A stretch of DNA of 40,238 bases. It comes from Fidelibacterota bacterium. Lineage in GTDB: Bacteria > Fidelibacterota > Marinisomatia > Marinisomatales > TCS55. This document shows, in pieces, positions 27,886 to 37,732 of this stretch (positions are counted from its first letter, which is position 1; each line of letters opens with the position of its first letter). Location of the stretch: NCBI GenBank assembly GCA_046861385.1, contig JBHHTW010000016.1:1-40238 (forward strand). Direction: 5' to 3'. The position numbers and the translations under genes are program-made. The notes beneath the pieces are model-generated. The model was not told the origin of the DNA. It saw only the letters and a program-made list of their open reading frames with translations, and ran no database searches.

Positions 27886-28839
27886 TCAAATATTTAATTT
27901 TGAAAAATATTCGGCATATTCTTGCCTCACCAACTTTACAAATTCCACATTGCTGGCGTGACCACTTCTGACCGCAGTTACATGACCCTTGATTGGAATA
28001 CCCAATAGAGCTAAGTCGCCTATCAAATCTAATGTTTTATGTCTGACGGGCTCATTTTTAAATCGTAATGCTTTGCCATTTAATATTCCGTTTGCACCTG
28101 AAATAATTGTTTCCTCAATTCCAAATAATTTCTGCAAATGATCCATTTCACCTAATGCAATTTCTTTATCAATGATGACCACGGCATTACCAAGACTACC
28201 CCCTTTAATTAGCCCCTGCTTTTTCAGCATTTCAACTTCACTGAGAAAGCAAAATGTTCTTGCAGGAGCAACTTCCATTGCAAAATCCTCTTCCATATTG
28301 TAAATGGCTTCATATTGAGTCCCTAATTGTGGCAGCGGATAATCTACCATGAAGGTTACTCGAAAACGATTTGCTGGCGTAACATGAATATCAATTTCTT
28401 TGATCGGATCAGAATATGCAACGGCATTACTAATCGGTAAAATTTTTCTTTCAGCCTTTTGAGTCACTTGTCCTGCCTTCTGTAAAACTTCAACAAACTC
28501 TTTTGCACTTCCATCCAACACCGGAGTTTCTTTACTCGTCAGTTCAATAAGGATATTATCAATCCGCAAACCCGACACCGCTGCTAATGCATGTTCCACC
28601 GTATGCACTTTTACTCCGTTTTGTTTAATAGTAGTCCCTCGGGAAATATCGACGACATGGTCAATATCGGCTTTTATTGCGGCACTGTTTTTTATATCGG
28701 ATCTTCTAAATTGAATCCCATGGTTTTTTGGGGCAGGCTTAAATGTGATTTTACTTTCTACGCCTGTATGCAGTCCAAAACCCGTACAGGATACTGCATT
28801 TTTTATAGTTCGTTGTCGTCGATGACCTTTAGTCGGCAT
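27886..28839 (-). CDS. lpxC: UDP-3-O-acyl-GlcNAc deacetylase
   Basis: QRTI, GLHTG, TVEHAL, ARTF and EPVRHK.LDLIGDL. Confidence 0.96.
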   Translation of the reverse strand: MPTKGHRRQRTIKNAVSCTGFGLHTGVESKITFKPAPKNHGIQFRRSDIKNSAAIKADIDHVVDISRGTTIKQNGVKVHTVEHALAAVSGLRIDNILIELTSKETPVLDGSAKEFVEVLQKAGQVTQKAERKILPISNAVAYSDPIKEIDIHVTPANRFRVTFMVDYPLPQLGTQYEAIYNMEEDFAMEVAPARTFCFLSEVEMLKKQGLIKGGSLGNAVVIIDKEIALGEMDHLQKLFGIEETIISGANGILNGKALRFKNEPVRHKTLDLIGDLALLGIPIKGHVTAVRSGHASNVEFVKLVRQEYAEYFSKLNI

Positions 28840-29830
28840 TTTCTATTCTGGCAATCCGTTTTTTTAAGGAATCAATTTCTGAAAAAATAGCATCTTTTTT
28901 ATTTTGTTCTCTTATTTCCCTGGCAGGCATCCCTGCGTAAATTTTTCCACCAGGGAGGGACTTTGTTGCTACACTCTTTATTGCAAATACTGCCCGGTTA
29001 CCTATCTTCACATGGGGAATAACGCCTGAATGTCCCGCGAATATACAAAAATCTCCTATTTCAACGCTCCCAGCAATTGCAACGCCCGCGGCGAACAAAC
29101 AGCCGCAGCCAGTTTTCACATTATGAGCGATGTGAACCAAATTATCAAATTTACTCCCAGGACCAATAAATGTATTTCCAATAGTACCTCTATCAATTGT
29201 GCAATTAGCTCCAACGTCCACATGGTCACTGATTTTAACCGATCCAGTTTGGGGTGTTTTATGATGAATTCCATCCGATTCGACATATCCAAATCCGTCA
29301 GAACCAATCACTGTACCACTAAATATATTACAGTTATCGCCTATGATGCAGGAATGATAAATATGAATATTACTATGCAAATTACAATTACGGCCCACAA
29401 CAACATTTCTACTCAAGACTGTATTGGCGCCAATAATGGTTTTATCCCCAATTTTCACCCCTTCTTCAATGACGCAGTTTGGACCAATACTTATTTGCTC
29501 GGCTAGACCAGTATAATCGGAAATAGTGGCCGATGGATGAATTCCCCATGTAATAGTTGGTTTTTCTTGAAAATATTCCAAAATTTTAGCAAAAACCAAC
29601 TGAGGGTTATCTACAAGAAGACCATTAAAGTTGGATAAAGTGTTTTCATCAGATGTGATGATTGCAGATGCCGCTGTCCCTTTTACGTACTTTTTGTATT
29701 TAGGGTTGCTTAAAAAGGAAATGGTCCCTGATTTCCCATTCTGAATTTCCGAAACTCCATTAATTTCGAGTTTCGGATTGCCGATAACCTTACCCCCGGC
29801 GAGGTCTGCCAATTCCTGCAATGAAGCCAA
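28829..29830 (-). CDS. lpxD: UDP-3-O-(3-hydroxyacyl)glucosamine N-acyltransferase
   Basis: FLSNPKY, IHPSA, IGSDGFG, IDRG and KFDNLVHIAHN. Start reassigned to TTG 29830, just after the skp stop. Confidence 0.94.
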   Translation of the reverse strand: MASLQELADLAGGKVIGNPKLEINGVSEIQNGKSGTISFLSNPKYKKYVKGTAASAIITSDENTLSNFNGLLVDNPQLVFAKILEYFQEKPTITWGIHPSATISDYTGLAEQISIGPNCVIEEGVKIGDKTIIGANTVLSRNVVVGRNCNLHSNIHIYHSCIIGDNCNIFSGTVIGSDGFGYVESDGIHHKTPQTGSVKISDHVDVGANCTIDRGTIGNTFIGPGSKFDNLVHIAHNVKTGCGCLFAAGVAIAGSVEIGDFCIFAGHSGVIPHVKIGNRAVFAIKSVATKSLPGGKIYAGMPAREIREQNKKDAIFSEIDSLKKRIARIENAD

Positions 29831-29837
29831 AAGAAGT

Positions 29838-30371
29838 TTACTGATTATTTTCGGAAATATTATACTTCCGTAATTCGTAAAGAACATCATCCGTTACGTC
29901 AAACGCAGGATTACCGTATAGTAACGAAACAGATCCGTCGATAATATAATCATAACCTTTTCCTGCAGCCACTTTATCAACCGCTCGTTTTACTTTGGAA
30001 AGAATTTCAAATTCCATCTGTGCTTGTTTTTGGTATAATATTCCCTCTGGTCCAACTTTTTCAGCTTGGAAAATTTGTAAGGAACGCTCTTTTTCGCCAA
30101 TTTCCTGTTCCTTTTCGCGCCGCCATTCCGGAGAACTCATAAGTCGTTGTGTTTCGTAGGCATTCTTTAAACTGTCCAAAGCCACCATTTGCAATTGGTA
30201 TTCCATCTGAACATTTCGGAATTCAGCCTGAAGCTGCGCTTCAGCATCTTTGAATTCTTCATATTCTGCTCGAATTCGGTCTGATTGAACAAACCCAATA
30301 TTTATTTCTGCAAGTAATGCTGATGTTGGCACACTGGCAGCGATTACTAAAAACATTATTGTTTTTTTCAC
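29838..30371 (-). CDS. skp: Periplasmic chaperone Skp/OmpH
   Basis: Signal peptide, IGFV, long coiled coil, GYDYIID...DVTD.VL. Lies between bamA and lpxD. Confidence 0.88.
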   Translation of the reverse strand: MKKTIMFLVIAASVPTSALLAEINIGFVQSDRIRAEYEEFKDAEAQLQAEFRNVQMEYQLQMVALDSLKNAYETQRLMSSPEWRREKEQEIGEKERSLQIFQAEKVGPEGILYQKQAQMEFEILSKVKRAVDKVAAGKGYDYIIDGSVSLLYGNPAFDVTDDVLYELRKYNISENNQ

Positions 30372-30393
30372 AGGTACTCCTTGATTTAGTTAA

Positions 30394-32787
30394 TTAAAAT
30401 GATTGACCAAATATTATGGTATAGTTCCAGCCTTCTGGTAATGCATCACCGTTGTTATCATCAAATCCATATCCCATATCAAATCCTAGCATTCCAATCA
30501 TCGGCATGAAAAAACGTACCCCAACCCCCGCAGATGTCCTCAAGCTCAAAGGCCCAGACCGTGGAATATTGAAAGGCTCAACCATAGATTTAGAATCCCA
30601 CACATTACCAGCTTCAGCAAATAACAAACCGTAAATAACGGGATTTTCGGAAAATGGGAACCGTAACTCAGTGACAAATTTTAACATGGATGTACCATAC
30701 ACCGTACTGCCGTTCGAAGATTTAGGGCCGATGGAATTTTCCGGATATCCTCTTAACATATTACCATACGGAATGCCGTTTCCACCCATAATAAATTTCT
30801 CATCCCATGGGATAATTGAACGCTTCTCCTGAGATTGTAATGGGTCAATCACGCCGATTTTCAATGAACTCATCATTACTAATTTCCAGAATGTAGGTGT
30901 ATACCACTCCAAATTCAACACATGTTTAAGAAAGTCTTCATTCCCCCCAAGAGGACCTCCGGATACAGTTGCCTCCCATGTAAATCGCGATCCATTACTG
31001 GTGAATTCCTGCCTGTCCCGGCTGTCACGTGTTATTACTTGGGTAATCGCTCGTCCTTTCGATTCATCTAAACCCCCAGCATAAATATCGATATTTTCCT
31101 TAGAACCTTCATACATTTTCAACGACGTATTCATTACCCAATAACCGCTGAAATAATCATCCGGCCATTTAAAACGGCGTCCCCATTGAACAGAACCTCC
31201 CAACACTTTTGTGTCTAATAGAATACCGTACCCCGTTGCAGCTCCCCTAAATGAATTGTAAAAAGAAAAACCGATACGATTGGGAGTATCAAAAATCTGT
31301 GGATCAACAAATCGAAGGCTGAATGATTCATATTTTGCGCCCGATTGGTTACTATAATAATTTAATGATTGTTGAGATCCGACATTATAACTTACTGTCA
31401 ACTGTTGCCCCAGTCCTCTAAAATTTGCGAATTCAACACCACCGCCACCCATGAGGCCGTATACCCCGCTATAGCCAACATTCATGTTCGCGCGATCGGA
31501 TGATTTTTCTTCTACGGTGATTTCCAGATCAATTTCGTCTTCATCAACAGGTACGACATCTGGAACCACATTACTAAAATAATTTAAAATAAATAACTCT
31601 CTGGCGCTTCGCTGTAATTGCTGGCGGTTAAAAACATCTCCCGGGAAAACGTGTAATTGGCGTCGGATAACATTTTCTCTGGTTTTGTCATTGCCTTGGA
31701 CATAAATATTTCGAACGTATACTTTATGGTTTTCAGTTATTTCAAAATGAATGTCTAATGAGTCTACCCCAACAGGAGTAAAGCGCGGCTGAATACTACT
31801 ATAAATATATCCCCTATCCATGTATAATCCATGCATACGCTCATAAACAGCAATATTGAATTCCTCTTCATTGTATTGATCCCCTTTCTTCAAGTCTAAT
31901 GCGCGGGCCAACTGATCCGCTGAATACAATGAATTGCCTTCCCATGAAAAATCTCTATAATGATATTGAGGACCCTCGACCAGCTTAATATAAATATACA
32001 TGGATTTTTTGAGCTCATCGTATGAAACGGAATCTGTAATAATAGATGCGTCACGATATCCCTCTTTTCGATAAAAATTTACGAGGTTTATTTTATCTTC
32101 TTCGTATTTCTTTTCATCATAATGTGATCGCCAAAACAAATACCATCGCTGCTGTTTCGTCTCTTTTAATACTCTGCGCAGACGGAAAGATGAGAAATGT
32201 TCGTTTCCTTCAAAGCTGATTTTACGCAGCTTCACTTTTTTATTTTCATTAATTTTGAAAACAAGATCACGTATTTGTTTCTTTTTTACATCACTGGAAT
32301 CTGTGACACCTTTTGGGATTTTAGTTTCTCCTTCTATATCAACTAATAAATATCCATCCTCAGCATATAAATCTTTCATATCATTGATTGTTGAAGTGAT
32401 AAGGTTTGGCTGGATACGCATCCCAGATCGAAGGCCTAATTCTTCCTCAAACTTTTTATCCTTTATCTTTTTATTGCCTTTAAATTTGATTTTTCCCAGT
32501 ATATAATTTTCCTCGACTATAATGGTTACATCAATACCGTCTTCGTCTTCGTTATCTATTCTAATTTGGATATCATTGAATAAACCCAGCTGCCAAAGGC
32601 GTTTGACTGCCCTGGAAAAATCCCCGGGCGCGATATTTTCATTTTCCCTTAACCCGGCGGTATATTGTATCATTGTTTCAGAGGTAAGGCTGTTACCCTC
32701 GATGTTCACTTCACCCAACTTAATATTTTTTTGCTGGGCATAAATAGATCCAATAACCCAAAGGGTTATTATTAATTTTTTTAACAT
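30394..32787 (-). CDS. bamA: Outer membrane protein assembly factor BamA
   Basis: POTRA repeats (I..EGN, GNDKTRENVIRR), NFRGLGQ, LRGY, ELRFP and C-terminal GQSF. Confidence 0.95.
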   Translation of the reverse strand: MLKKLIITLWVIGSIYAQQKNIKLGEVNIEGNSLTSETMIQYTAGLRENENIAPGDFSRAVKRLWQLGLFNDIQIRIDNEDEDGIDVTIIVEENYILGKIKFKGNKKIKDKKFEEELGLRSGMRIQPNLITSTINDMKDLYAEDGYLLVDIEGETKIPKGVTDSSDVKKKQIRDLVFKINENKKVKLRKISFEGNEHFSSFRLRRVLKETKQQRWYLFWRSHYDEKKYEEDKINLVNFYRKEGYRDASIITDSVSYDELKKSMYIYIKLVEGPQYHYRDFSWEGNSLYSADQLARALDLKKGDQYNEEEFNIAVYERMHGLYMDRGYIYSSIQPRFTPVGVDSLDIHFEITENHKVYVRNIYVQGNDKTRENVIRRQLHVFPGDVFNRQQLQRSARELFILNYFSNVVPDVVPVDEDEIDLEITVEEKSSDRANMNVGYSGVYGLMGGGGVEFANFRGLGQQLTVSYNVGSQQSLNYYSNQSGAKYESFSLRFVDPQIFDTPNRIGFSFYNSFRGAATGYGILLDTKVLGGSVQWGRRFKWPDDYFSGYWVMNTSLKMYEGSKENIDIYAGGLDESKGRAITQVITRDSRDRQEFTSNGSRFTWEATVSGGPLGGNEDFLKHVLNLEWYTPTFWKLVMMSSLKIGVIDPLQSQEKRSIIPWDEKFIMGGNGIPYGNMLRGYPENSIGPKSSNGSTVYGTSMLKFVTELRFPFSENPVIYGLLFAEAGNVWDSKSMVEPFNIPRSGPLSLRTSAGVGVRFFMPMIGMLGFDMGYGFDDNNGDALPEGWNYTIIFGQSF

Positions 32788-32794
32788 TCTATAA

Positions 32795-33556
32795 TTATTT
32801 TTCTTTCTGAAGTTGTTCGCTTACTTTTCCAAATCGTCGTTCGCGCTCTTGGTAATCCTTGATGGCCAAGTAGAGTTCCTTTTCTCTAAACCCAGGCCAA
32901 TACACATCAGTAATGTATAGTTCTGAATAAGCAATTTGCCATAATAAAAAATTGCTCACTCGTCTTTCCCCGCCGGTACGAATCAATAATTCAGGGTCGG
33001 GAATATTTGATGTAAATAAATATGACTGAAAAATATCTTCAGTAAAAGATTCCGAGACAAGTTTCCCAGACTCAATGTCTTTGCACATTGCACTAATTGC
33101 CATAAGAATTTCTTGTCTGCCTCCATAGCTCAGAGCGAGAATTAAATTGAGTCCTGTATTTGATTTGGTTTGTTCAATTCCATTGAGTATCCCTTTGCGA
33201 GCTTCCGTTGGGAAATCATCAAGGGAACCAATGGTGGTCAGTTTTACATTATTTTTATCTAATTCAGAAACCTCTTTTTGTATGGTTTTAACCAATAAAC
33301 GCATTAGGGCAGATACTTCGTTTTTAGGCCTCGACCAGTTTTCTGAAGAAAATGTATATAAGGTCAAGTATTTTACGCCCAACATGCCGCAAACGCGGGT
33401 TATTTCACGTACAGAATGGATTCCTTCGTTATGTCCGGCAAAACGAGGAAGATTCCTCTCCTTCGCCCAGCGTCCATTGCCGTCCATGATAATAGCAATA
33501 TGACCGGGAATATTATTACTGGAAATAATTTGATTTTTTAGTGTTTTTGTAGACAT
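32795..33556 (-). CDS. uppS: Undecaprenyl pyrophosphate synthase
   Basis: HIAIIMDGNGRWA, FSSENWSRP, SYGGR, LLIRTGGE.R.SNFLLWQ and RRFG. Confidence 0.97.
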   Translation of the reverse strand: MSTKTLKNQIISSNNIPGHIAIIMDGNGRWAKERNLPRFAGHNEGIHSVREITRVCGMLGVKYLTLYTFSSENWSRPKNEVSALMRLLVKTIQKEVSELDKNNVKLTTIGSLDDFPTEARKGILNGIEQTKSNTGLNLILALSYGGRQEILMAISAMCKDIESGKLVSESFTEDIFQSYLFTSNIPDPELLIRTGGERRVSNFLLWQIAYSELYITDVYWPGFREKELYLAIKDYQERERRFGKVSEQLQKEK

Positions 33557-33645
33557 CTTTTTCGTAAACCGTCAATAATCGCTGGCAAAATTACCGTTTA
33601 CCTTATCTATATACAACTTGTTGTATCCTGTATAACGAACCTTTG

Positions 33646-33945
33646 TCAATCCGGTTCCTCGTATAATTCAGCAATATGATGATCAAATTCCTTCATTTGA
33701 TCCGGGATATGAACATTCGCATAAACTTTATGACACTTATAACACACGGCTTCATCGTTCATTCTTTTGTATAGTAACCAATCAATTACTGCAACAAACA
33801 TCAGACTTAACCCATAAGTATAAGGAACCAAGATTGCACCAATCAATACGATGATACAACCTGCGGTTTTGTTAAAATCTTTTTGGTGATAAAAATGTTT
33901 ACATCCACATGATGGACATTCTGAAAAATCCATCTCTTCAATCAT
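33646..33945 (-). CDS. Small membrane protein with two CxxC motifs flanking a TM hairpin
   Basis: CPSC ... hydrophobic hairpin ... CYKC. ATGA overlap with the upstream gene. Confidence 0.7.
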   Translation of the reverse strand: MIEEMDFSECPSCGCKHFYHQKDFNKTAGCIIVLIGAILVPYTYGLSLMFVAVIDWLLYKRMNDEAVCYKCHKVYANVHIPDQMKEFDHHIAELYEEPD

Positions 33946-34733
33946 AAAACTAAACCATCTTGGAATAAAACAAATTTATAACAGAGATCGCCAACAAATA
34001 CAGATAATACACTGATGTAAAGCAATCCAGTAGCGCTTTGCGTGGCATGAAGTTTTAATGTTTTCCAGATGAAAAAATGCAATATAAGGGGTACAATTAA
34101 GCCGAACAATAATGCGACCCCCAAGAAAAAACCATCCAGCGTCTGAATATATTGAATCGTTGAAATAGATACTCCATAATTATTTTTCAACTGAATACTG
34201 GGAAGTTGGACCAGATTCCACAATAATCGGACTACAAGTAATCCTGCTAATCCATTTGACGCTTTTTGCAATAGCCCGATGGGAAGTTGAATAACATTTA
34301 AGTACCAATGTCCAAGAATCATGGCAAATAATACACCGGCGACAATGGATTGGCTTAAAATCCCAATTGGGATGATAAAAATAGAACTTTTTACAGGTAA
34401 AACTGATAATGTTAAAAAGGCAAAAATAATACAGCCAATCAGTGACGAAAATGAAATAATACCATTTGATATTTTTTCTCTGTTCCAATACATATATGTG
34501 ACGACCAGATGCAATCCTAGCCAACCTGTGATTCCAAAAACGATTATTGAATCAGCGCCTTTGATCCACGATAACACAAAAGCCATTCCTCCAATCACAC
34601 AGGATAGGCCAAGATTAAAATTGTAAAACCCGGCTCCTATTTTCTTTCTGGGGGTCAACCAAAGAAAAAATGGATAAAGTGTTGCAAATCCAAAAAGGGT
34701 ATAAAGTAAAATGTTTAACAGATGAGCCGTCAC
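33942..34733 (-). CDS. Uncharacterised ~8-TM membrane protein (AMILGHWYL / TQSATGLLY motifs)
   Basis: Multiple hydrophobic segments. Starts 15 nt after the mrp stop. Confidence 0.75.
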   Translation of the reverse strand: MTAHLLNILLYTLFGFATLYPFFLWLTPRKKIGAGFYNFNLGLSCVIGGMAFVLSWIKGADSIIVFGITGWLGLHLVVTYMYWNREKISNGIISFSSLIGCIIFAFLTLSVLPVKSSIFIIPIGILSQSIVAGVLFAMILGHWYLNVIQLPIGLLQKASNGLAGLLVVRLLWNLVQLPSIQLKNNYGVSISTIQYIQTLDGFFLGVALLFGLIVPLILHFFIWKTLKLHATQSATGLLYISVLSVFVGDLCYKFVLFQDGLVL

Positions 34734-34748
34734 AACATCGGTTTCAAA

Positions 34749-35870
34749 TTACGATTGTAAAATTGTGTCAATTCTACTGGCTATATCGTTATATATTTTT
34801 GAGATGTTTGAGTCAGGCGCGCTCAAAACCAATGGTTCACCATCATCAGTTGCTTCCATTAAATCCTGAGAAAGTGGTATTTCTCCTAATAAGGGAACAC
34901 CTAGACGTTCACTCTCCCGGACACCGCCTCCTTTTTTAAATAGATCCAACTGAAATTCAAATTGTCCATTTTCATCAATCGCTACATTATCTACTCCGGT
35001 AATATCTAATTTTATGTCGCCGGAAGCGCCGGTAATATGACCCTTTATGATCAGTCCTGCCATATTCTCCACAACGCCCAAGACAGGGGTTTGCACTTTA
35101 CGAAACATATCGGCACCTTTGCGAACATCCGTCAACGCCATATCCTGGGGAGTGGTTACAATGATGGCGCCGCTGATCCGTATTTTTTGAGTCAAGGTTA
35201 ATTGAACATCTCCTGTCCCCGGGGGTAAATCCAATACGAGATAATCCAGCTCTCCCCAAAGAACATCCTGAAAAAACTGTTCCGTCATGCGACTGACCAT
35301 CGGACCGCGCCAGATGGTGGGTGTATTGTTTCCGCTGATAAAACCAAAGGACATGACTTTCATCCCATACCGTTCAAGCGGAGCCAGTTTTTTATCCTGC
35401 GTTAATTCCGGATTCTCGTTAAAACCCAAAATAGTGGGTAGAGAAGGACCGTAAATATCCAAATCCAAAAGACCGACCCTATATCCTTTTTGCGACAGTG
35501 CAGCGGCGAGGTTGGCCGCGACAGTTGATTTTCCCACGCCACCCTTCCCGCTGGCAATTGCAATAATATGCTCTACTTTGTCCAGAGGCATGGGGCCGGC
35601 AGGTAGTTCTTGGCTAACAGAGGTTGCTTCATCCTGATTGGATATTTCGATCTGAACATTTTCGAAAGATCCTTGATTCAATAAAATATCTGTTACAGCA
35701 TTGTGTACAGCTTGTTTTTTATCTTCTTTTTGGGTGGTTATTTTCAAGGTGATGGTAACTCTTTTACCTTCTACCTGCACATCCTGCACCATGCCGAATG
35801 ATACGATATCCCGACTGAAACCAGGATACTTAATTTGCTTTAACAGTTCTAAAACTTCGTGTTTATTCAT
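34749..35870 (-). CDS. mrp: Mrp/ApbC/NBP35 family P-loop ATPase with N-terminal DUF59-like domain, cysteine-free
   Basis: SGKGGVGKST, D.DIYGPS, IWRGPM, DLPPGTGD, VTTPQ and VENM. Confidence 0.92.
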   Translation of the reverse strand: MNKHEVLELLKQIKYPGFSRDIVSFGMVQDVQVEGKRVTITLKITTQKEDKKQAVHNAVTDILLNQGSFENVQIEISNQDEATSVSQELPAGPMPLDKVEHIIAIASGKGGVGKSTVAANLAAALSQKGYRVGLLDLDIYGPSLPTILGFNENPELTQDKKLAPLERYGMKVMSFGFISGNNTPTIWRGPMVSRMTEQFFQDVLWGELDYLVLDLPPGTGDVQLTLTQKIRISGAIIVTTPQDMALTDVRKGADMFRKVQTPVLGVVENMAGLIIKGHITGASGDIKLDITGVDNVAIDENGQFEFQLDLFKKGGGVRESERLGVPLLGEIPLSQDLMEATDDGEPLVLSAPDSNISKIYNDIASRIDTILQS

Positions 35871-35884
35871 TAGGTTAATTAGAT

Positions 35885-35915
35885 AAAAAACGGCTGCTAA
35901 AAACAGCCGTTTTTT
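35885..35915. terminator. Intrinsic terminator-like hairpin between ferredoxin and mrp
   Basis: AAAAAACGGCTG-ctaaaaa-CAGCCGTTTTTT. Confidence 0.8.
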
Positions 35916-35942
35916 GAGTTGAGGTTATTGTGATGAGTGCCG

Positions 35943-36245
35943 TTATCCGTCGTAATCTCGTCCAAACCAATCATAATTGATTTTAATAAATTGGTTCCAT
36001 TCCTCCGGAACTTCACTTTCTTCAAAAATCGCTTCAACCGGGCATTCCGGCTCACAGGCACCGCAATCAATACATTCTTCCGGGTCGATATAAAGTTGCT
36101 TGCCTTCCGGATCAAAACCCGGTTCTTTGGCTTCAGCTCCTGCTCCTGTTTTGTCTTCTGGTCCATGGATACAATCCACCGGACATACGTCTACGCAGGC
36201 AGTATCACACGTCCCGACACAAGGTTCTGCAATTATGTAGGCCAT
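35943..36245 (-). CDS. fdxA: Ferredoxin (FdxA/7Fe-like dicluster)
   Basis: AYIIAEPC...[11 protein letters not shown]...[31 protein letters not shown] upstream. Confidence 0.9.
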   Translation of the reverse strand: MAYIIAEPCVGTCDTACVDVCPVDCIHGPEDKTGAGAEAKEPGFDPEGKQLYIDPEECIDCGACEPECPVEAIFEESEVPEEWNQFIKINYDWFGRDYDG

Positions 36246-36383
36246 TTTATTATCTCCTAAGTGCTGGTTGGGTTAATTCTTTCTATTGTAAATAGTATTA
36301 ATGCAAGACCAAAATTTAGGAGTGTTTTTTAAAGGTGAAAAGGATTTTAAACATTAACTTTCTTTACGCTTTATTAAAATTTT

Positions 36384-37571
36384 ATGTGGAATCGTAACGT
36401 AACAACCCTCTGGCTGGCTCAGTTAATATCATATATGGGCGACGCCGTTTACCAGTTGGCCTTAATCTGGCTCATTTTTGATATTACTGATTCTTCAGTT
36501 GTTACTGGGATTGTGGCAATGAGTGCCTATTTACCGGCCATTATTTTTGGTCTTTTAGGTGGAGTATTTGCCGACAAGTATAATCGCCTGCGTATAATGC
36601 ACATTGCAAACGTCAGCCAATCCTTGACGGTTATAATTATTCCTATTACCCTTTATTATGGAGTTGCAGATGCCATGCTCCTTGGTTTGCTGGCATTTGT
36701 TCGAAGTAGTTTTGGTACTTTATTTCCACCGGCATTAAACGCTTTTATTCCAGAAGTTGTTGATAAGAAAGGTCTTACTAAAGTGAATTCAATTAATGCG
36801 ACCAGTATGCAACTGGCCTATCTATTGGGGCCTGCTGTTGCCGGTGTTTTATTGGGAATTATATCTGTTAGCAAATTATTTATCTTTGATGCGTTTTCCT
36901 TCCTTGGCGCCAGTTTCCTTCTATTGTTTGTGGTGAAAAAAAGAAAGCCACCCCTACGGGAATCTCATGCAACTTTCAGCCAGCTTAAGTCCGGATTTAT
37001 TTATATTATTCAACACCGGAGTATTGGATACCTGATATTGTTAACGATCTTGAACAATATTTTCATCATGGGGCCGGCAATTGTCGGGATGCCAATTTTA
37101 GTTAAATCTGTTTTGGATGGAACAGCATCCGATTTTGCATTCGTTGAGGCGGGCATGGCGGGAGGGATGCTCATGGGCTCCTGGTTCGTTTACAGATTTA
37201 GCCATCGATTCAATAATGGCCTGTTACTTCTCATTGGATTACTGTGGGACGGGATTACTTATACTTTTTTTTATTGGGTCCCTTCAGTACCTGTAGCCAT
37301 TGTTATGATTGTTATCCATGGTATCGGCATACCGGTCATTACCATTACCCGCACGGCAATCATTCAGCGCAATACACCCAATGAATATCACGGCAGATTA
37401 TTTTCCATGGTACATCTGGCTATCGTAGGCATGACAGCCTTATCTTCAGCGTTAGTGGGGATTCTCGCTTCATTAATGCCCGTTCCAGTCGTGTTTTTAA
37501 TTTTCGGAATAGGCGCGTTTGTCAGCGGATTGATCGGCCTCATGTCTTCCAAACTGCGTAGGTTGAATTAG
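36384..37571 (+). CDS. MFS transporter (DHA3/MefA-like)
   Basis: LWLAQLISYMGD, motif A GVFADKYNR, about 12 TM segments, and QRNTPNEYHGRLFS. Confidence 0.88.
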   Translation: MWNRNVTTLWLAQLISYMGDAVYQLALIWLIFDITDSSVVTGIVAMSAYLPAIIFGLLGGVFADKYNRLRIMHIANVSQSLTVIIIPITLYYGVADAMLLGLLAFVRSSFGTLFPPALNAFIPEVVDKKGLTKVNSINATSMQLAYLLGPAVAGVLLGIISVSKLFIFDAFSFLGASFLLLFVVKKRKPPLRESHATFSQLKSGFIYIIQHRSIGYLILLTILNNIFIMGPAIVGMPILVKSVLDGTASDFAFVEAGMAGGMLMGSWFVYRFSHRFNNGLLLLIGLLWDGITYTFFYWVPSVPVAIVMIVIHGIGIPVITITRTAIIQRNTPNEYHGRLFSMVHLAIVGMTALSSALVGILASLMPVPVVFLIFGIGAFVSGLIGLMSSKLRRLN

Positions 37572-37585
37572 GAATAGATGAGAAA

Positions 37586-37706
37586 CCCCTTGCCTGCGCT
37601 ACCACCTGCATTCCACTTTCGGTGGACAGGTCGACTTCGGCTAGCGGGAATTATATTCCCCCTGTTACTGGCCCGCATTTCAGTTCCGGCGGATAGGCAG
37701 GGGGAA
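37586..37706. other. GC-rich multi-hairpin intergenic element (MITE/REP remnant or cis-regulatory RNA)
   Basis: Nested inverted repeats CGCTA/TAGCG, ACCTG/CAGGT and TCCAC/GTGGA. Also TTCCCCCTGTT/GGCAGGGGGAA and the alternative CCCCTTGCCT/AGGCAGGGGG. Confidence 0.5.
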
Positions 37707-37732
37707 AATAGCGATAGCGAAAGGATTTAAGA

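Noticed and set aside
27868-27888. Selenocysteine or genetic-code reassignment at the lpxC TGA
   Set aside because: No SECIS-like hairpin follows, and TGA terminates other genes normally (cdd, tdk, nupC, lpxL).
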